NCBI GenBank assembly: GCA_965371515.1
Contig: CBDUYR010000012.1
Coordinates: 1 to 63,008, forward strand
From: an uncultured bacterium
GTDB taxonomy: Bacteria > Krumholzibacteriota > Krumholzibacteriia > Krumholzibacteriales > Krumholzibacteriaceae
Length of the DNA: 63,008 nt
Reading direction: 5' to 3'
The position numbers were made by a program, and so were the translations under genes. Positions within the stretch are counted from its first letter, which is position 1. Every line of letters starts with the position of its first letter. Shown one piece after another: positions 26,975 to 38,577 of the stretch. The notes below the pieces were generated by a model that was given only the letters and a program-made list of their open reading frames with translations, made no database searches and was not told the origin of the DNA.

Positions 26975-28965
26975 AGCGGATATTAATCATAACGGCCCTT
27001 GCGGTCCTGATCATATTGCCGGCTGGGGCCCGCTGCGGAGACGATTCAGGCGGTACCGAAAGCCCGTTCGCTCTAGGAAGCGGTGTGAGGAACATAGCGA
27101 TGGGCAACGCCGCTTCGGCCGTCTGGGGAGGTTCGTACTCGCTGATGTGGAACCCGGCCGGACTGGAGAGTATAGACAGGGCCGAGATAGGGCTCTTTCA
27201 CACATCTCTGTTTGAGGATGACGCGTCGTACTATTCGCTACTCGGATCTTACCCGTTCCTCGAGAGCGGAACGATTTCAGTAGGAGTTCTCCAGCTGGCA
27301 ATAGGCGGTATCGAAGCCAGGGACGAGAACAATCTGCTCATCGGTGGAGACCTCAGCTGCAGGCAGACGAGATACCTCGCTGGATATTCGAGGAGGCTAT
27401 ACGGTTCTTTTACCGGCGGGCTGACAGTCAAGCTGGACAGGTTCTCACAAGGGAACTACTCGGCGAATGGTTTTGGAGCCGATTTCGGATTTGGCTATGC
27501 AAGGAAGTTCGAATCCACGGTAATCGAGGGCATGACTGCTGGCCTCACCCTGGTCAATCTCATAGAACCGACAATGAAGATCGTCGAGGAAGAATCGGGC
27601 GATCCGCAGGGATTAAGGGCAGGTATCGCTATCTGGGGTTCCGTCATCAGAAGCCTCGATGACCGTCTGCTCTTCGCGTTCGATCTAGACGACAGGAGAT
27701 ACAGCGAGATGGGTGTGCATGCCGGTCTCGAGTACAGCATCCAGCCGCACATGGCCTTTCGCGGCGGCTATGATGATGGATTTCCGACATTCGGGCTCGG
27801 ATTCATGTTCAGGGTGATCGAACTGGATTATGCATACAGGACAAGCGATCTAGAGAGCTACCATCTTTTCTCCATCACGGTCGGGTTCGGGCAGACGAGG
27901 TCGAAAAGACTGGAGGACAGGATCGCGGCACGCGAACTCGAGATCAAAAACGAGATAGACAGGGAGATCCGCGAGTACGAAGACAGGTTTATCGAGAACT
28001 CGATCAACGAAGCGGAAAAGGCTCTGAGTGAAGGACACTTCGCCAAAAGCGCGGCTCTTTTCGACAAGGTTCTGCTCATGGACCCCGGAAACGAGAGGGC
28101 CTTGAAGGGAAAGGACGAGGCAGTGATCGGAGAGGGTGTGACCAGAGCGGCTGCACACTTCGATGACGGAGATTTCGCCGGCGCTCTGCTGATCTACAGG
28201 AACTTGTCGTCGAGATACGGTAGCGATGGTTTTGACTCTAAGATCGCGGCCTGTGACGAGATGATTTCCAAAGCTGACGACAAGAAGACAATGATAGAGA
28301 CGATGTTTGAGCGCGGACTCGAATATTATTCCGAAAGGAAATGGTTCGAGGCCGGAGGGGCCTTCAGTGAGGTGCTCGCACTCGAACCGGGTCATGAGCT
28401 GGCTTCGAGCTATCTCCAGAAATCAAGCAGCAAAATAGAGGAAGAACGCGGAAGGACTCTCCTGAGGATAGACGAATTAATTGCTTCGAAACGGTTCGGT
28501 GAGGCTCAGGAGATGATCCGTACGGGAACGGAGCGATACGGTGCAGATCAGGATTTCGACTCGAGACAAGCGAGACTGAAACAGATGCAGGCCGATGTCG
28601 AAAAGGAGAAAAAGCTTGCCGCCCAGTCAGCCGGAGCGCGTCCCGAACCTTCCAGGGAAGAACTGGAGAAGATGCGGCCATTATATGAGCGTGGAGCGGA
28701 GCATTTCAGAGCAGGAAACTTCGACAGGGCCGCATATGAGTGGCAGCCGATCTGGGAGAAGTATCCCGGATACGAGAACCTGGACGATTATCTCGTCAAG
28801 GCCTACGAGTACTGGGGAATGGAACTCTATACGCAGCATAAGTACGACGAAGCACTCGAGGTCTGGCAACGGATCCTGACGGTCGATGATAACAACGAAA
28901 AGGCACTTCGCTATATACAGAGAACGAAGGAAGAGCTCGAAAGATTGCGAAGCTTGACGGGCTAA
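26971..28965 (+). CDS. PorV/PorQ-like outer-membrane beta-barrel fused to a coiled coil and TPR repeats
   Basis: Signal peptide; GVRNIAMGNA...WNPAGL (PorV/FadL-like N-terminus); amphipathic strands ending DYAY...HLFSITVGFG; then a helical TPR region (FDKVLLMDPGN, VLALEPGH, WQRILTVDDNN). ATGA overlap with the upstream gene. Confidence 0.78.
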   Translation: MKRILIITALAVLIILPAGARCGDDSGGTESPFALGSGVRNIAMGNAASAVWGGSYSLMWNPAGLESIDRAEIGLFHTSLFEDDASYYSLLGSYPFLESGTISVGVLQLAIGGIEARDENNLLIGGDLSCRQTRYLAGYSRRLYGSFTGGLTVKLDRFSQGNYSANGFGADFGFGYARKFESTVIEGMTAGLTLVNLIEPTMKIVEEESGDPQGLRAGIAIWGSVIRSLDDRLLFAFDLDDRRYSEMGVHAGLEYSIQPHMAFRGGYDDGFPTFGLGFMFRVIELDYAYRTSDLESYHLFSITVGFGQTRSKRLEDRIAARELEIKNEIDREIREYEDRFIENSINEAEKALSEGHFAKSAALFDKVLLMDPGNERALKGKDEAVIGEGVTRAAAHFDDGDFAGALLIYRNLSSRYGSDGFDSKIAACDEMISKADDKKTMIETMFERGLEYYSERKWFEAGGAFSEVLALEPGHELASSYLQKSSSKIEEERGRTLLRIDELIASKRFGEAQEMIRTGTERYGADQDFDSRQARLKQMQADVEKEKKLAAQSAGARPEPSREELEKMRPLYERGAEHFRAGNFDRAAYEWQPIWEKYPGYENLDDYLVKAYEYWGMELYTQHKYDEALEVWQRILTVDDNNEKALRYIQRTKEELERLRSLTG

Positions 28966-28976
28966 TAGGTAAAGCT

Positions 28977-30536
28977 ATGAAGAGAAGAACACTGAGCCTG
29001 AAACTGCAGGTCACCCTGATGGCGATCATTTTCGTCGCGAGTCTTGTGACGGCATTCTCATGGAACATCGCGAGGACCGAAAGCAAAATAATCAGGGGAG
29101 AGTTGATAGAGAAGATTGTCCTCCTGGGACGAAATCTCGCCCTAAGTTACTCCAAGCCGTTGCTTCACACAGATCCGGAATTCGAACTGCATCCGCATAT
29201 TTCGAGCGTGCTCAAAAACAGGACCGCTATAGAATCGATAACTGTACTCAACCTGAGCGGCATTGTAAAAGGCCATAAGGATCTGCGCCTGATCGATACT
29301 GGCTATATTCAACTTGGGGGATTGAAAGTTCCCGCAGAAGCGCCGGATCTTCGTGAAGGTGAGAGTTTCAGGGAGAACAAGTCGATATTCGAGTTTATCA
29401 CTACAATTACCGACAAGGGCGAAGCGATCGGTTCGGTACATGTTAGTTATTCAAAGGACGAACTGAGCAAAGCACTCTCCGGGATCATCTATAGGGCGAT
29501 AAGGATCGGTGTCGTGGCATTGGTGGTGGGTGCTATCGCTTCTCTGCTGTTCGGCATTCACATCACGCGGCCTGTGAGGAAGCTTGTGGACGGCGTGCAG
29601 AAAATCGGTGAGGGACATCTCGATACAAGGATAGAAATCAGAGCCGTCCAGGAGATCCAGACACTAGCCGATACATTCAACAGCATGGCCGAGAACCTCG
29701 AGAAAAACAGGGCGGCCATCCGTGAAAAGGAAAGGATGGACAGGGAACTCGAGATCGCGAGGGAGATCCAGAAGACACTTCTTCCAGAGAGGATCCCCGA
29801 GGTCAGCGGTTTCCAGATCGATGCCTATTATGACCCGGCATCACAGGTCGGAGGCGACTATTTCGATATCATCGAGACCAGCGAGGGTAAATACCTTTTC
29901 GTTGTCGGTGATGTCGCGGGAAAGGGAGTCCCGGGTCTTGTCGTAATGGCTATGGTAAGGATCATGGTCCGGGACCTGGCTTCGAGGGGAGAGAGTCCTG
30001 CGAGGCTTCTAAGGCACCTCAATATGCTCCTGAGGAAAGATATCAAGAACAATCTGTTCGTGACGCTGTTCTGCGGGCATCTCGATACAGGGCAGGGTAC
30101 CTTCGAGTTTGCCAGCGCTGCTCATATGCCGCTCTGTTTCTACAGGGAATCGGAGTCGAAAGTCTTCGAGTTCAAGACCAGTGCCAAACCGCTCGGTCTG
30201 TTCGATGACGATATCTTTTCGCAGGGTCTGGAAGAGCAGAGCCTTACGCTGGAGCCGGGAGACCTGATCTTCCAGTACACCGATGGTCTGAACGAGACGC
30301 ATGACTCCTCAGGCGAGGAATTCGGTATAGACAGGGTCAGGGAGGCAGTAGGCAGATTCGCGTCTGCAGGGGCAAAAGGTGTCCTGTCCGGAATCAGAAC
30401 GAGCCTTGATGTATTCAGGGGAGAAACCCCGATGGGGGACGATCTGACCCTGCTCGCTGTCAGCCTGGACGGATCGCCGGATCTACAGGGCGTCAGCGCT
30501 GATGGCTCGCTGGCCGGGGGAGCTCAGAGATCATGA
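28977..30536 (+). CDS. Membrane-bound HAMP + SpoIIE/RsbU-type PP2C serine phosphatase
   Basis: Two TM helices around a periplasmic domain, HAMP (ITRPVRKL...EIQTLADTFNSM), ELEIAREIQKTLLP, VGGDYFD, GDVAGKG, YTDGL, DDLT. Confidence 0.93.
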   Translation: MKRRTLSLKLQVTLMAIIFVASLVTAFSWNIARTESKIIRGELIEKIVLLGRNLALSYSKPLLHTDPEFELHPHISSVLKNRTAIESITVLNLSGIVKGHKDLRLIDTGYIQLGGLKVPAEAPDLREGESFRENKSIFEFITTITDKGEAIGSVHVSYSKDELSKALSGIIYRAIRIGVVALVVGAIASLLFGIHITRPVRKLVDGVQKIGEGHLDTRIEIRAVQEIQTLADTFNSMAENLEKNRAAIREKERMDRELEIAREIQKTLLPERIPEVSGFQIDAYYDPASQVGGDYFDIIETSEGKYLFVVGDVAGKGVPGLVVMAMVRIMVRDLASRGESPARLLRHLNMLLRKDIKNNLFVTLFCGHLDTGQGTFEFASAAHMPLCFYRESESKVFEFKTSAKPLGLFDDDIFSQGLEEQSLTLEPGDLIFQYTDGLNETHDSSGEEFGIDRVREAVGRFASAGAKGVLSGIRTSLDVFRGETPMGDDLTLLAVSLDGSPDLQGVSADGSLAGGAQRS

Positions 30537-31630
30537 TCATCGAAAGACTTGACATTATGAGGAACGAGCTCACGGTCCTGTGTGACCGGGATGAACTCAT
30601 GGAGATCCCGGGCTATATCGCAAGCCTGATCATCGTCGCTGAAGAATGCGGGATCCATAAACTCGTGATGAGACATGCCGGAGTAATCCCTTCGCACATA
30701 TCGAGGATCGCTGAAACGCTCGTAGAAAGAAATCCCTGGATCAGTCTTGAAGAGATACCGGATACCGGAAATAGCTTTGAGCTGCCTGTATTTACCACAG
30801 TTACCTGTACGGAGAACTTCCTGCTGTTGAGGGAGAAAGATACAGACTGGATGTACTCTCTGGTCGTCTCGGCAGAGCGGGAAAGCGTCGAGCTGGCGGC
30901 CCGGACGGCGTATCTGATCTCGAACATCATGGGATTCCCCGGTTCGACAGCATTCGATGTCAAGTTTGGCGTTTACGAGATACTTATGAACGTCATTGAT
31001 CACGATACTGTTATAGATGGGCGAAACTGGTTCCAGATCAAGATCGAACGGAAGGATCGAAAGCTGTCCGTTTCGATTGTCGATCCGAGTCGAGAATTCG
31101 ATCCCACGAGTGAAAGAGAATTCGATCTGGACGAATATGTTTTCGGAGGAAAGCGCAGGGGACTGGGATTGATCCTGATGAAGAGAATGTACGAGTCTTT
31201 TCAGTACGAGAGAAAGAATGGGTTGAACAGGACATTTTTTGATAGAGCACTGCCGTTCACTGATGACGCAGAAAAGGAGAATGAGATGGCATCCATGGAA
31301 GTCGGAGAGTGCGTAGATCTCGGAAATGGAGTGATAAAGATCGAACTCACAGGCGATCTGGACGCGAAGGGAGCGCTCGCCCTGGAAACCTTGATGGGAG
31401 AGCTGCTCGAGAAGGAGATCCTCAAGGTCGTTCTTGATTTTGAAAAAATTCATTTCGTCTCGAGCGCCGGCATAGGGATGCTCCTCGGACTGACGTCGAC
31501 TATGCGCGACGAAGGTGGCGAAGTCTGGCTCACAAAGGTGTCGAAAAAGGTCTTGTCAGTATTCGCATTATTGAACCTCGATGACTTCTTCCTCGTTAAG
31601 GATTCAGAGGAAGAGATCGTCCTGAGCTGA
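30533..31630 (+). CDS. RsbW-like anti-sigma kinase domain fused to a STAS (RsbV/SpoIIAA) anti-anti-sigma domain
   Basis: EILMNVIDH, FDP, RGLGLILMK; then GDLD...VVLDFEKIHFVSSAGIGML (phospho-Ser motif). ATGA overlap with the phosphatase. Confidence 0.85.
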   Translation: MIIERLDIMRNELTVLCDRDELMEIPGYIASLIIVAEECGIHKLVMRHAGVIPSHISRIAETLVERNPWISLEEIPDTGNSFELPVFTTVTCTENFLLLREKDTDWMYSLVVSAERESVELAARTAYLISNIMGFPGSTAFDVKFGVYEILMNVIDHDTVIDGRNWFQIKIERKDRKLSVSIVDPSREFDPTSEREFDLDEYVFGGKRRGLGLILMKRMYESFQYERKNGLNRTFFDRALPFTDDAEKENEMASMEVGECVDLGNGVIKIELTGDLDAKGALALETLMGELLEKEILKVVLDFEKIHFVSSAGIGMLLGLTSTMRDEGGEVWLTKVSKKVLSVFALLNLDDFFLVKDSEEEIVLS

Positions 31631-31639
31631 GAGTGAGAA

Positions 31640-33019
31640 ATGACGGAAACAGGCTATAAAGACAATACCGAGATGGCCTCCGGATCAGAAGAGGTCGAGC
31701 AGAGTCTCGAGAAGCGTGACATTGCATTCGAAGCGTTGTTCCGGCTTTTCGAGAAGATCGGGACGACCTTTGATCTCGAAATGATCATTAAGCTCCTGCT
31801 GATGACTGTCGTAGGGCAGCTCGGTCTGAGGCGCGTGGCCTTCTTTCTGCGCAGGGAGAGGTCGAGCAGGCTCGATCTGCATCATTCGATAGGGTTGGGA
31901 CGGTACGTGGAATTACCCTCCTTTTCACTCGACTCTTCCTTCATGAAGTGGATGGACGAGATGGATGGAGTCGTCATGATCGACGACTTTTTTAAATCAG
32001 ATGAGATCGGATATAAGGAAAAGCAGGCGATTGGAACCGCTCTTGTCAATAGCGGCTTCAGTTATGTCTGTGACCTGAAGGAGGGGGACAAACTGTTCGG
32101 CATAATGGCTTTCAGCCAGAAAGTAAGCGGACAGTGTTTCTCGGAGTTTGACAGGGAACTCCTTGTGATGATGGCCAGGGTGGCGGCTATCACGATCAGG
32201 AACGCGTCTCTTTACCAGTCCGTCCTGCGGTCGAGAAACGAACTCGAGAATTTTTCGAGGATGAAAAAGGAATTTATCAATCACACATCACACGAACTGC
32301 GCACCCCGATCACGGTGCTGAGGAGCAGCCTCTGGTCGATTGAAACCGAAGGGGACGAGGCAGAACTCATGTCGATGGCCAGGGACTCGGTACTGAGACT
32401 CGAGGAGAAGGTGGAGAATATACTCTCGCTCAACAAAATGGATATAAACGTGGCGTTTATTGAGCCCCTGGTTGTGGAGATCTCGGGCCTCGTGATCAGC
32501 ACCTGCAGGGAGATGGCCGAGACTCTGGAGGAAAGAGAGATCATCCTCGATATCAGAAACAAGATCGGAGAGAAATATATCTCTGTCGATCCTTCCAAGG
32601 TTAAGGGCGTTTTGAGAAGTATGCTCGAAAACGCGGTGAATTCCATAGAGCGTAACGGCAATATTCAGATACGGTTAACTGTGCTGTCCCGTGGTCCAGG
32701 CAGTGATGATGGAATAGAGATCTCAGCCTGGGACAGTGCGGATGAGGAGTTGTCCCAAACCGGAACCGGGAAAGACTGCGTGGATTCATGGCTCGTGATC
32801 AGCATAATCGACGATGGTAGAGGAATCCCGCTGGAGGAGATCTCCACTATCGGAAAACCTTTTCAGCGAGCCTCCAACTCTGCTGTAGGCGATGTGAAGG
32901 GATTTGGAGTCGGACTCTCTGTCGCCCAGAAGATCGTCGCCGCTCACGGCGGATACATATACTGCAAGAGCGTCGAGAACAAGGGATCCGGATTTTCCAT
33001 CTGGTTCCCGGGTGAATGA
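31640..33019 (+). CDS. Cytoplasmic GAF-domain sensor histidine kinase
   Basis: GAF-like N-terminus (FSEFDRELL...IRNASLY), H-box SHELRTP, N-box LENAV, G1 DDGRGIP, G2 GFGVGLS. Confidence 0.9.
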   Translation: MTETGYKDNTEMASGSEEVEQSLEKRDIAFEALFRLFEKIGTTFDLEMIIKLLLMTVVGQLGLRRVAFFLRRERSSRLDLHHSIGLGRYVELPSFSLDSSFMKWMDEMDGVVMIDDFFKSDEIGYKEKQAIGTALVNSGFSYVCDLKEGDKLFGIMAFSQKVSGQCFSEFDRELLVMMARVAAITIRNASLYQSVLRSRNELENFSRMKKEFINHTSHELRTPITVLRSSLWSIETEGDEAELMSMARDSVLRLEEKVENILSLNKMDINVAFIEPLVVEISGLVISTCREMAETLEEREIILDIRNKIGEKYISVDPSKVKGVLRSMLENAVNSIERNGNIQIRLTVLSRGPGSDDGIEISAWDSADEELSQTGTGKDCVDSWLVISIIDDGRGIPLEEISTIGKPFQRASNSAVGDVKGFGVGLSVAQKIVAAHGGYIYCKSVENKGSGFSIWFPGE

Positions 33020-33065
33020 AATCCTGTTCATCCTGTACTATTTCTGGCTGTTAGCGCAGGAGCAT

Positions 33066-34673
33066 CTATTTCGGCACTGGTTTGAAAATCGTATCTAAAA
33101 TGGTCCCGTCTCTCCATTCGACTACCTCTACCGGTTCGTCGGTCAGTTCGGGGCGGGGCGGAGTCCTGCCGAATTCCGCCGCGGCCTTCTTCGACAGCTC
33201 GTGAAGTTCCTCGATAGAGACGGTCTTCAGGCCGTTCGCCGCCGCGTTCTTTTTCAGCGCGTCCATGTACTTCGCGGGCGACTTCGGATTGAAGGCGATG
33301 TATTCCTCCGTCACAGCGACGTCGATGCACTCGCCCGGCACCGAGACTGTGTAGACGCTTTCGACTATCCTGGGGAATCCCTTGCCGCTCTCCTTCTTGC
33401 CGGTCGCCAGGGGGAGGAACATGATCGTGAGCTCCGAGCCCGCCGCTACTCCCTGAGCTCCGCCGATGCCGCCGATGATCCTGCCGCTCGCGCAGATGCT
33501 GTTGACATTGAAGTCGACGTCCATCTCGAGGGTCGAGAGGACCGATACGTCGAGCATGTTCACCGCGTTCTCCCTGTTCGCCATGTCGTCGTACTCGCCC
33601 GTTGATATCTCGTAGTGGTTATGGTCGTACAGCATCGACTTTATTACCCTCTCCGACGGCTCGAAGCACTGGCCGTGGAGGAGGTTCCGGATAAGGCCCT
33701 CCTGGAGCATCTCGACGTGCAGCGACGTGCAGCCGCCGATCGCGAATCCCGAATGGATCTTCTTCTCGATGAGGATCTTCTTTATTTCATCGAGGACGAT
33801 CAGCCCGGCTCCCGAGCCGACCTGGAAATTGAAATCGTCGAAGATCACTTCGGCCGCTTCCATTACCTTGAGGACCTGACCTGCGATCTGCGAGTTGAAA
33901 GCGTTCCCCCTGATCTTGTCGATGTCGAGTGTGCCCGAACCAACGCCGGAAGCGTCGCCGGGATTGTCGACCTTTACTACATAATCGACGTCGATCATCG
34001 AGAGGGAACGGGGGAAGAGGTACTGCTCGCTCACCTCGCCCGCGAGCAGGCAGACATTCTCAGCCCAGAGGGTATCGGCAAGGAAGAGGCCGAGCGGTCC
34101 GACCCAAGAGGACGGGTCGCCCATCAGGCCGTTGGCGTTTCCCCACTGGTCGGCTATCGGCACCGGGCCGAATGCGACCTTGATCTTTGCCTCTCCCGTA
34201 TGGAAGCGTCTGACCCTGTTGCCGTGACCGTACCCGGTGACGATCCAGGGGAGGAAATCGCCTGCCATCAGGTGCCCGCCCATCTTGCGGTAGCAACTCC
34301 CGTTTATTCCCGTGATCGTCCCGTCGGCTATCGCCTCGGGAAGCCAGGGGACGCAGTTGTCGAAGAAGGCATTGCCGAGGAGGTGAATGTCCTTGAGGCC
34401 CTTCTCGCGGAGTTTGGCGACGATGATCTCGAGGCAATGGTCGCCGAGACGGTAGTAGTGAGGATACGAGATCCAGTCGCCGTCACGCAGGATCGAGATT
34501 ACCTCGTCGAGGGTGGTCACCTTGCTCATGCCGCTGCGCATCTTCGAGCGGCCGGGCCGTCCCGCGTAGGGGTCGCTGTAATCGGGATCGAACGCCTGTT
34601 TGAAGGGTTTCTTCTCAACACCGTTCACTACGGTCGGGACTCTGCGCCCCAGTGAGTTTTTTACGAAATCCAT
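33066..34673 (-). CDS. citF: Citrate lyase alpha subunit (citrate CoA-transferase)-like protein
   Basis: NSLGRRVP, LRDGDWISYPHYYRLGD, HGNRVR, FQVGSG, FAIGG, LEMDVDFNVN, GGIGG. ATG 34673 follows GGAGG. Confidence 0.75.
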   Translation of the reverse strand: MDFVKNSLGRRVPTVVNGVEKKPFKQAFDPDYSDPYAGRPGRSKMRSGMSKVTTLDEVISILRDGDWISYPHYYRLGDHCLEIIVAKLREKGLKDIHLLGNAFFDNCVPWLPEAIADGTITGINGSCYRKMGGHLMAGDFLPWIVTGYGHGNRVRRFHTGEAKIKVAFGPVPIADQWGNANGLMGDPSSWVGPLGLFLADTLWAENVCLLAGEVSEQYLFPRSLSMIDVDYVVKVDNPGDASGVGSGTLDIDKIRGNAFNSQIAGQVLKVMEAAEVIFDDFNFQVGSGAGLIVLDEIKKILIEKKIHSGFAIGGCTSLHVEMLQEGLIRNLLHGQCFEPSERVIKSMLYDHNHYEISTGEYDDMANRENAVNMLDVSVLSTLEMDVDFNVNSICASGRIIGGIGGAQGVAAGSELTIMFLPLATGKKESGKGFPRIVESVYTVSVPGECIDVAVTEEYIAFNPKSPAKYMDALKKNAAANGLKTVSIEELHELSKKAAAEFGRTPPRPELTDEPVEVVEWRDGTILDTIFKPVPK

Positions 34674-34859
34674 CAATCCGCCTCCGGATGGTCTTAAGAG
34701 CCTATAAACGCTTGAATCTCCATCAATAAGTAAGACTTCGGGCACCCCATGTCAAGCCGTCTTGAGCTTTCCCTGGCGGCAAAGTGAAAAAAGTCCCTGA
34801 AACGGTCCGAAACGCCCCGAAACTGCTTGCACGCTCATGATTTTCTCACTTTATTAGTG

Positions 34860-34888
34860 TTGACAAGAAGAGCTGGCGCGGATAACAT
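34860..34888 (+). promoter_or_regulatory. Sigma70-type promoter of acs
   Basis: TTGACA-17 nt-TAACAT. A divergent TTGACA for citF lies on the minus strand at 34750-34755. Confidence 0.65.
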
Positions 34889-34970
34889 GCCCTTTCCAGT
34901 TCGTAATTTTCCTATATTCTGGAAAAGTTAATTTTCTTTACTTAAACGCTGAACCTACAGGAGGTTACAG

Positions 34971-36935
<1,965 letters not shown>

Positions 36936-36960
36936 GCCGCAGGTCGTCTGTTTTGACAAT

Positions 36961-36997
36961 GAAGGGTGGGGGGTGAATTCCCCCCGCCTTTTTTTTG
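36961..36997 (+). terminator. Intrinsic terminator after acs
   Basis: AAGGGTGGGGGG-TGAATT-CCCCCCGCC followed by a T-tract. Confidence 0.8.
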
Positions 36998-37024
36998 CAT
37001 GGAAGGACGGAGCAGTGCCGGCGG

Positions 37025-37053
37025 TTGACACTTGTGCCTATATCGGATAACGT
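37025..37053 (+). promoter_or_regulatory. Sigma70-type promoter of glmM-glmS
   Basis: TTGACA-17 nt-TAACGT. Confidence 0.55.
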
Positions 37054-37100
37054 CAGTCTTGTAAGGCACTGAAAGCGGCCGGATACACGAGGGGGGAGAT

Positions 37101-38453
37101 TTGCGGATACCCGATTCACTGATGGTAAGCGTCTCAGGCGTCAGGGGTCTTCTCGGCGATGACATGAATCCCGAGGTCGCCGCTCGCTTCGCTGCCGCCT
37201 ATGCCGCGTGGCTCGGTGGAAAGCGCGTCGTGATCGGACGGGATTCCCGCGCCTCGGGACCGGCTCTTGCCTCGGCCGTTTCGGCGGCCCTGAGGTTCCT
37301 CGGGATAGACGTTGTCGACGTCGGTATCGCCGCTACCCCGACCGTTGAACTTATGGTAGGACACCTCGGCGCCGACGGCGGGATCGTCATCACGGCTAGT
37401 CATAACGGCGAGGCGTGGAACGCGCTGAAACTGCTCGATGGCCGGGGCGAGTTTATAGACTCGGCGGCAGTTACCCGTATCAGTGAACTGGTCGAGAGCG
37501 ACGGCGGGCTTTACGAACCCGCAGGAAGATTCGGCTCATACGAAATTTACGAAGGAGCCGACCGCGATCACGTAGAGAAGATACTCTCGCTCGACTGCAT
37601 AGACCGCGAGGTCATCGCATGCGCCGGCCTCAAGGCGGCGATCGACTGCGTCAACGGTGCGGGGAGCCGCATCGTACCGCTGCTGCTCGGTGAGCTCGGA
37701 GTCGGTGTAACCGAGCTCTACACAGACGTCGATTCTACCTTCCCGCACGATCCGGAGCCACGTCCGGCGAACCTCACCGAACTCGCTGCGGCGGTGCCTG
37801 AAGCGGGCGCCGACATCGGATTCGCCTGCGACCCCGACGCCGACAGGCTCGTACTGGTAGACGGCTCCGGGACGGTGCTCAGCGAGGAACTGACACTGTC
37901 GCTCGCGGCCGATTTCGTGCTGGGGATCGAGAAAGGGCCGGTCGTTATCAATCTCTCGACGACGAGGCGTATCGACGACATAGCAGCAAGGCACGGGGTG
38001 GAGGCGTTCAGGTCGAAGGTCGGCGAGGCGAACGTGATAGAGCTGATGAAGGTGAAGGGCGCGGTAATAGGTGGAGAGGGGAACGGGGGAGTGATATTCC
38101 CGAGAGTACACCGCGGCAGGGACGCGATGACGGGGATCGCGCTGATCCTCCAGTACGTCGCCTCTTCCGGCAGGAGCGTCGGGGAGCTGGCCGCCGAACT
38201 ACCCGACTACAGTATCGTGAAGGAGAAGATCGGGTTCGAAGGGTCGTTCGAGGATCTCTCCTCTAAACTCAGGGAGACATTTGACGGGAATTATAACGAC
38301 CTCGATGGTATAAGAATTGATATGGACAATGGCTGGGTACACGTCAGAAGGTCGAACACCGAGCCGGTAGTACGGATAATAGCCGAGGCGGAGACCGCAG
38401 AACATGCCGAAAAGCTGGTTTCAAAGGCATCTGAGGCAGCCGCTTCAGTTTGA
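37101..38453 (+). CDS. glmM: Phosphoglucosamine mutase / phosphohexomutase
   Basis: SGVRG, ITASHN, DPDADR, GGEGNGG, RRSNTEP; directly upstream of glmS. Confidence 0.82.
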   Translation: MRIPDSLMVSVSGVRGLLGDDMNPEVAARFAAAYAAWLGGKRVVIGRDSRASGPALASAVSAALRFLGIDVVDVGIAATPTVELMVGHLGADGGIVITASHNGEAWNALKLLDGRGEFIDSAAVTRISELVESDGGLYEPAGRFGSYEIYEGADRDHVEKILSLDCIDREVIACAGLKAAIDCVNGAGSRIVPLLLGELGVGVTELYTDVDSTFPHDPEPRPANLTELAAAVPEAGADIGFACDPDADRLVLVDGSGTVLSEELTLSLAADFVLGIEKGPVVINLSTTRRIDDIAARHGVEAFRSKVGEANVIELMKVKGAVIGGEGNGGVIFPRVHRGRDAMTGIALILQYVASSGRSVGELAAELPDYSIVKEKIGFEGSFEDLSSKLRETFDGNYNDLDGIRIDMDNGWVHVRRSNTEPVVRIIAEAETAEHAEKLVSKASEAAASV

Positions 38454-38577
38454 GCGGATAAACGCAGGAGAAAATGCGCCGGCATGGGAACCGGCGTAAA
38501 AATACCCACGGTGGATGGCAGGACGCCGTGATTTTACCCGGCGGGTCGGTATGCCCGCTTGATCGGGGGAGTTTGAG

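Noticed and set aside
18720..33060. Signalling operon as a mobile element
   Set aside because: Codon usage looks somewhat different by eye, but no integrase, transposase, terminal repeats or tRNA anchor is visible.
38454..38577. glmS ribozyme
   Set aside because: The conserved core (AGCGCC...ACT, GACGAGG, TATCGAA) is not present.
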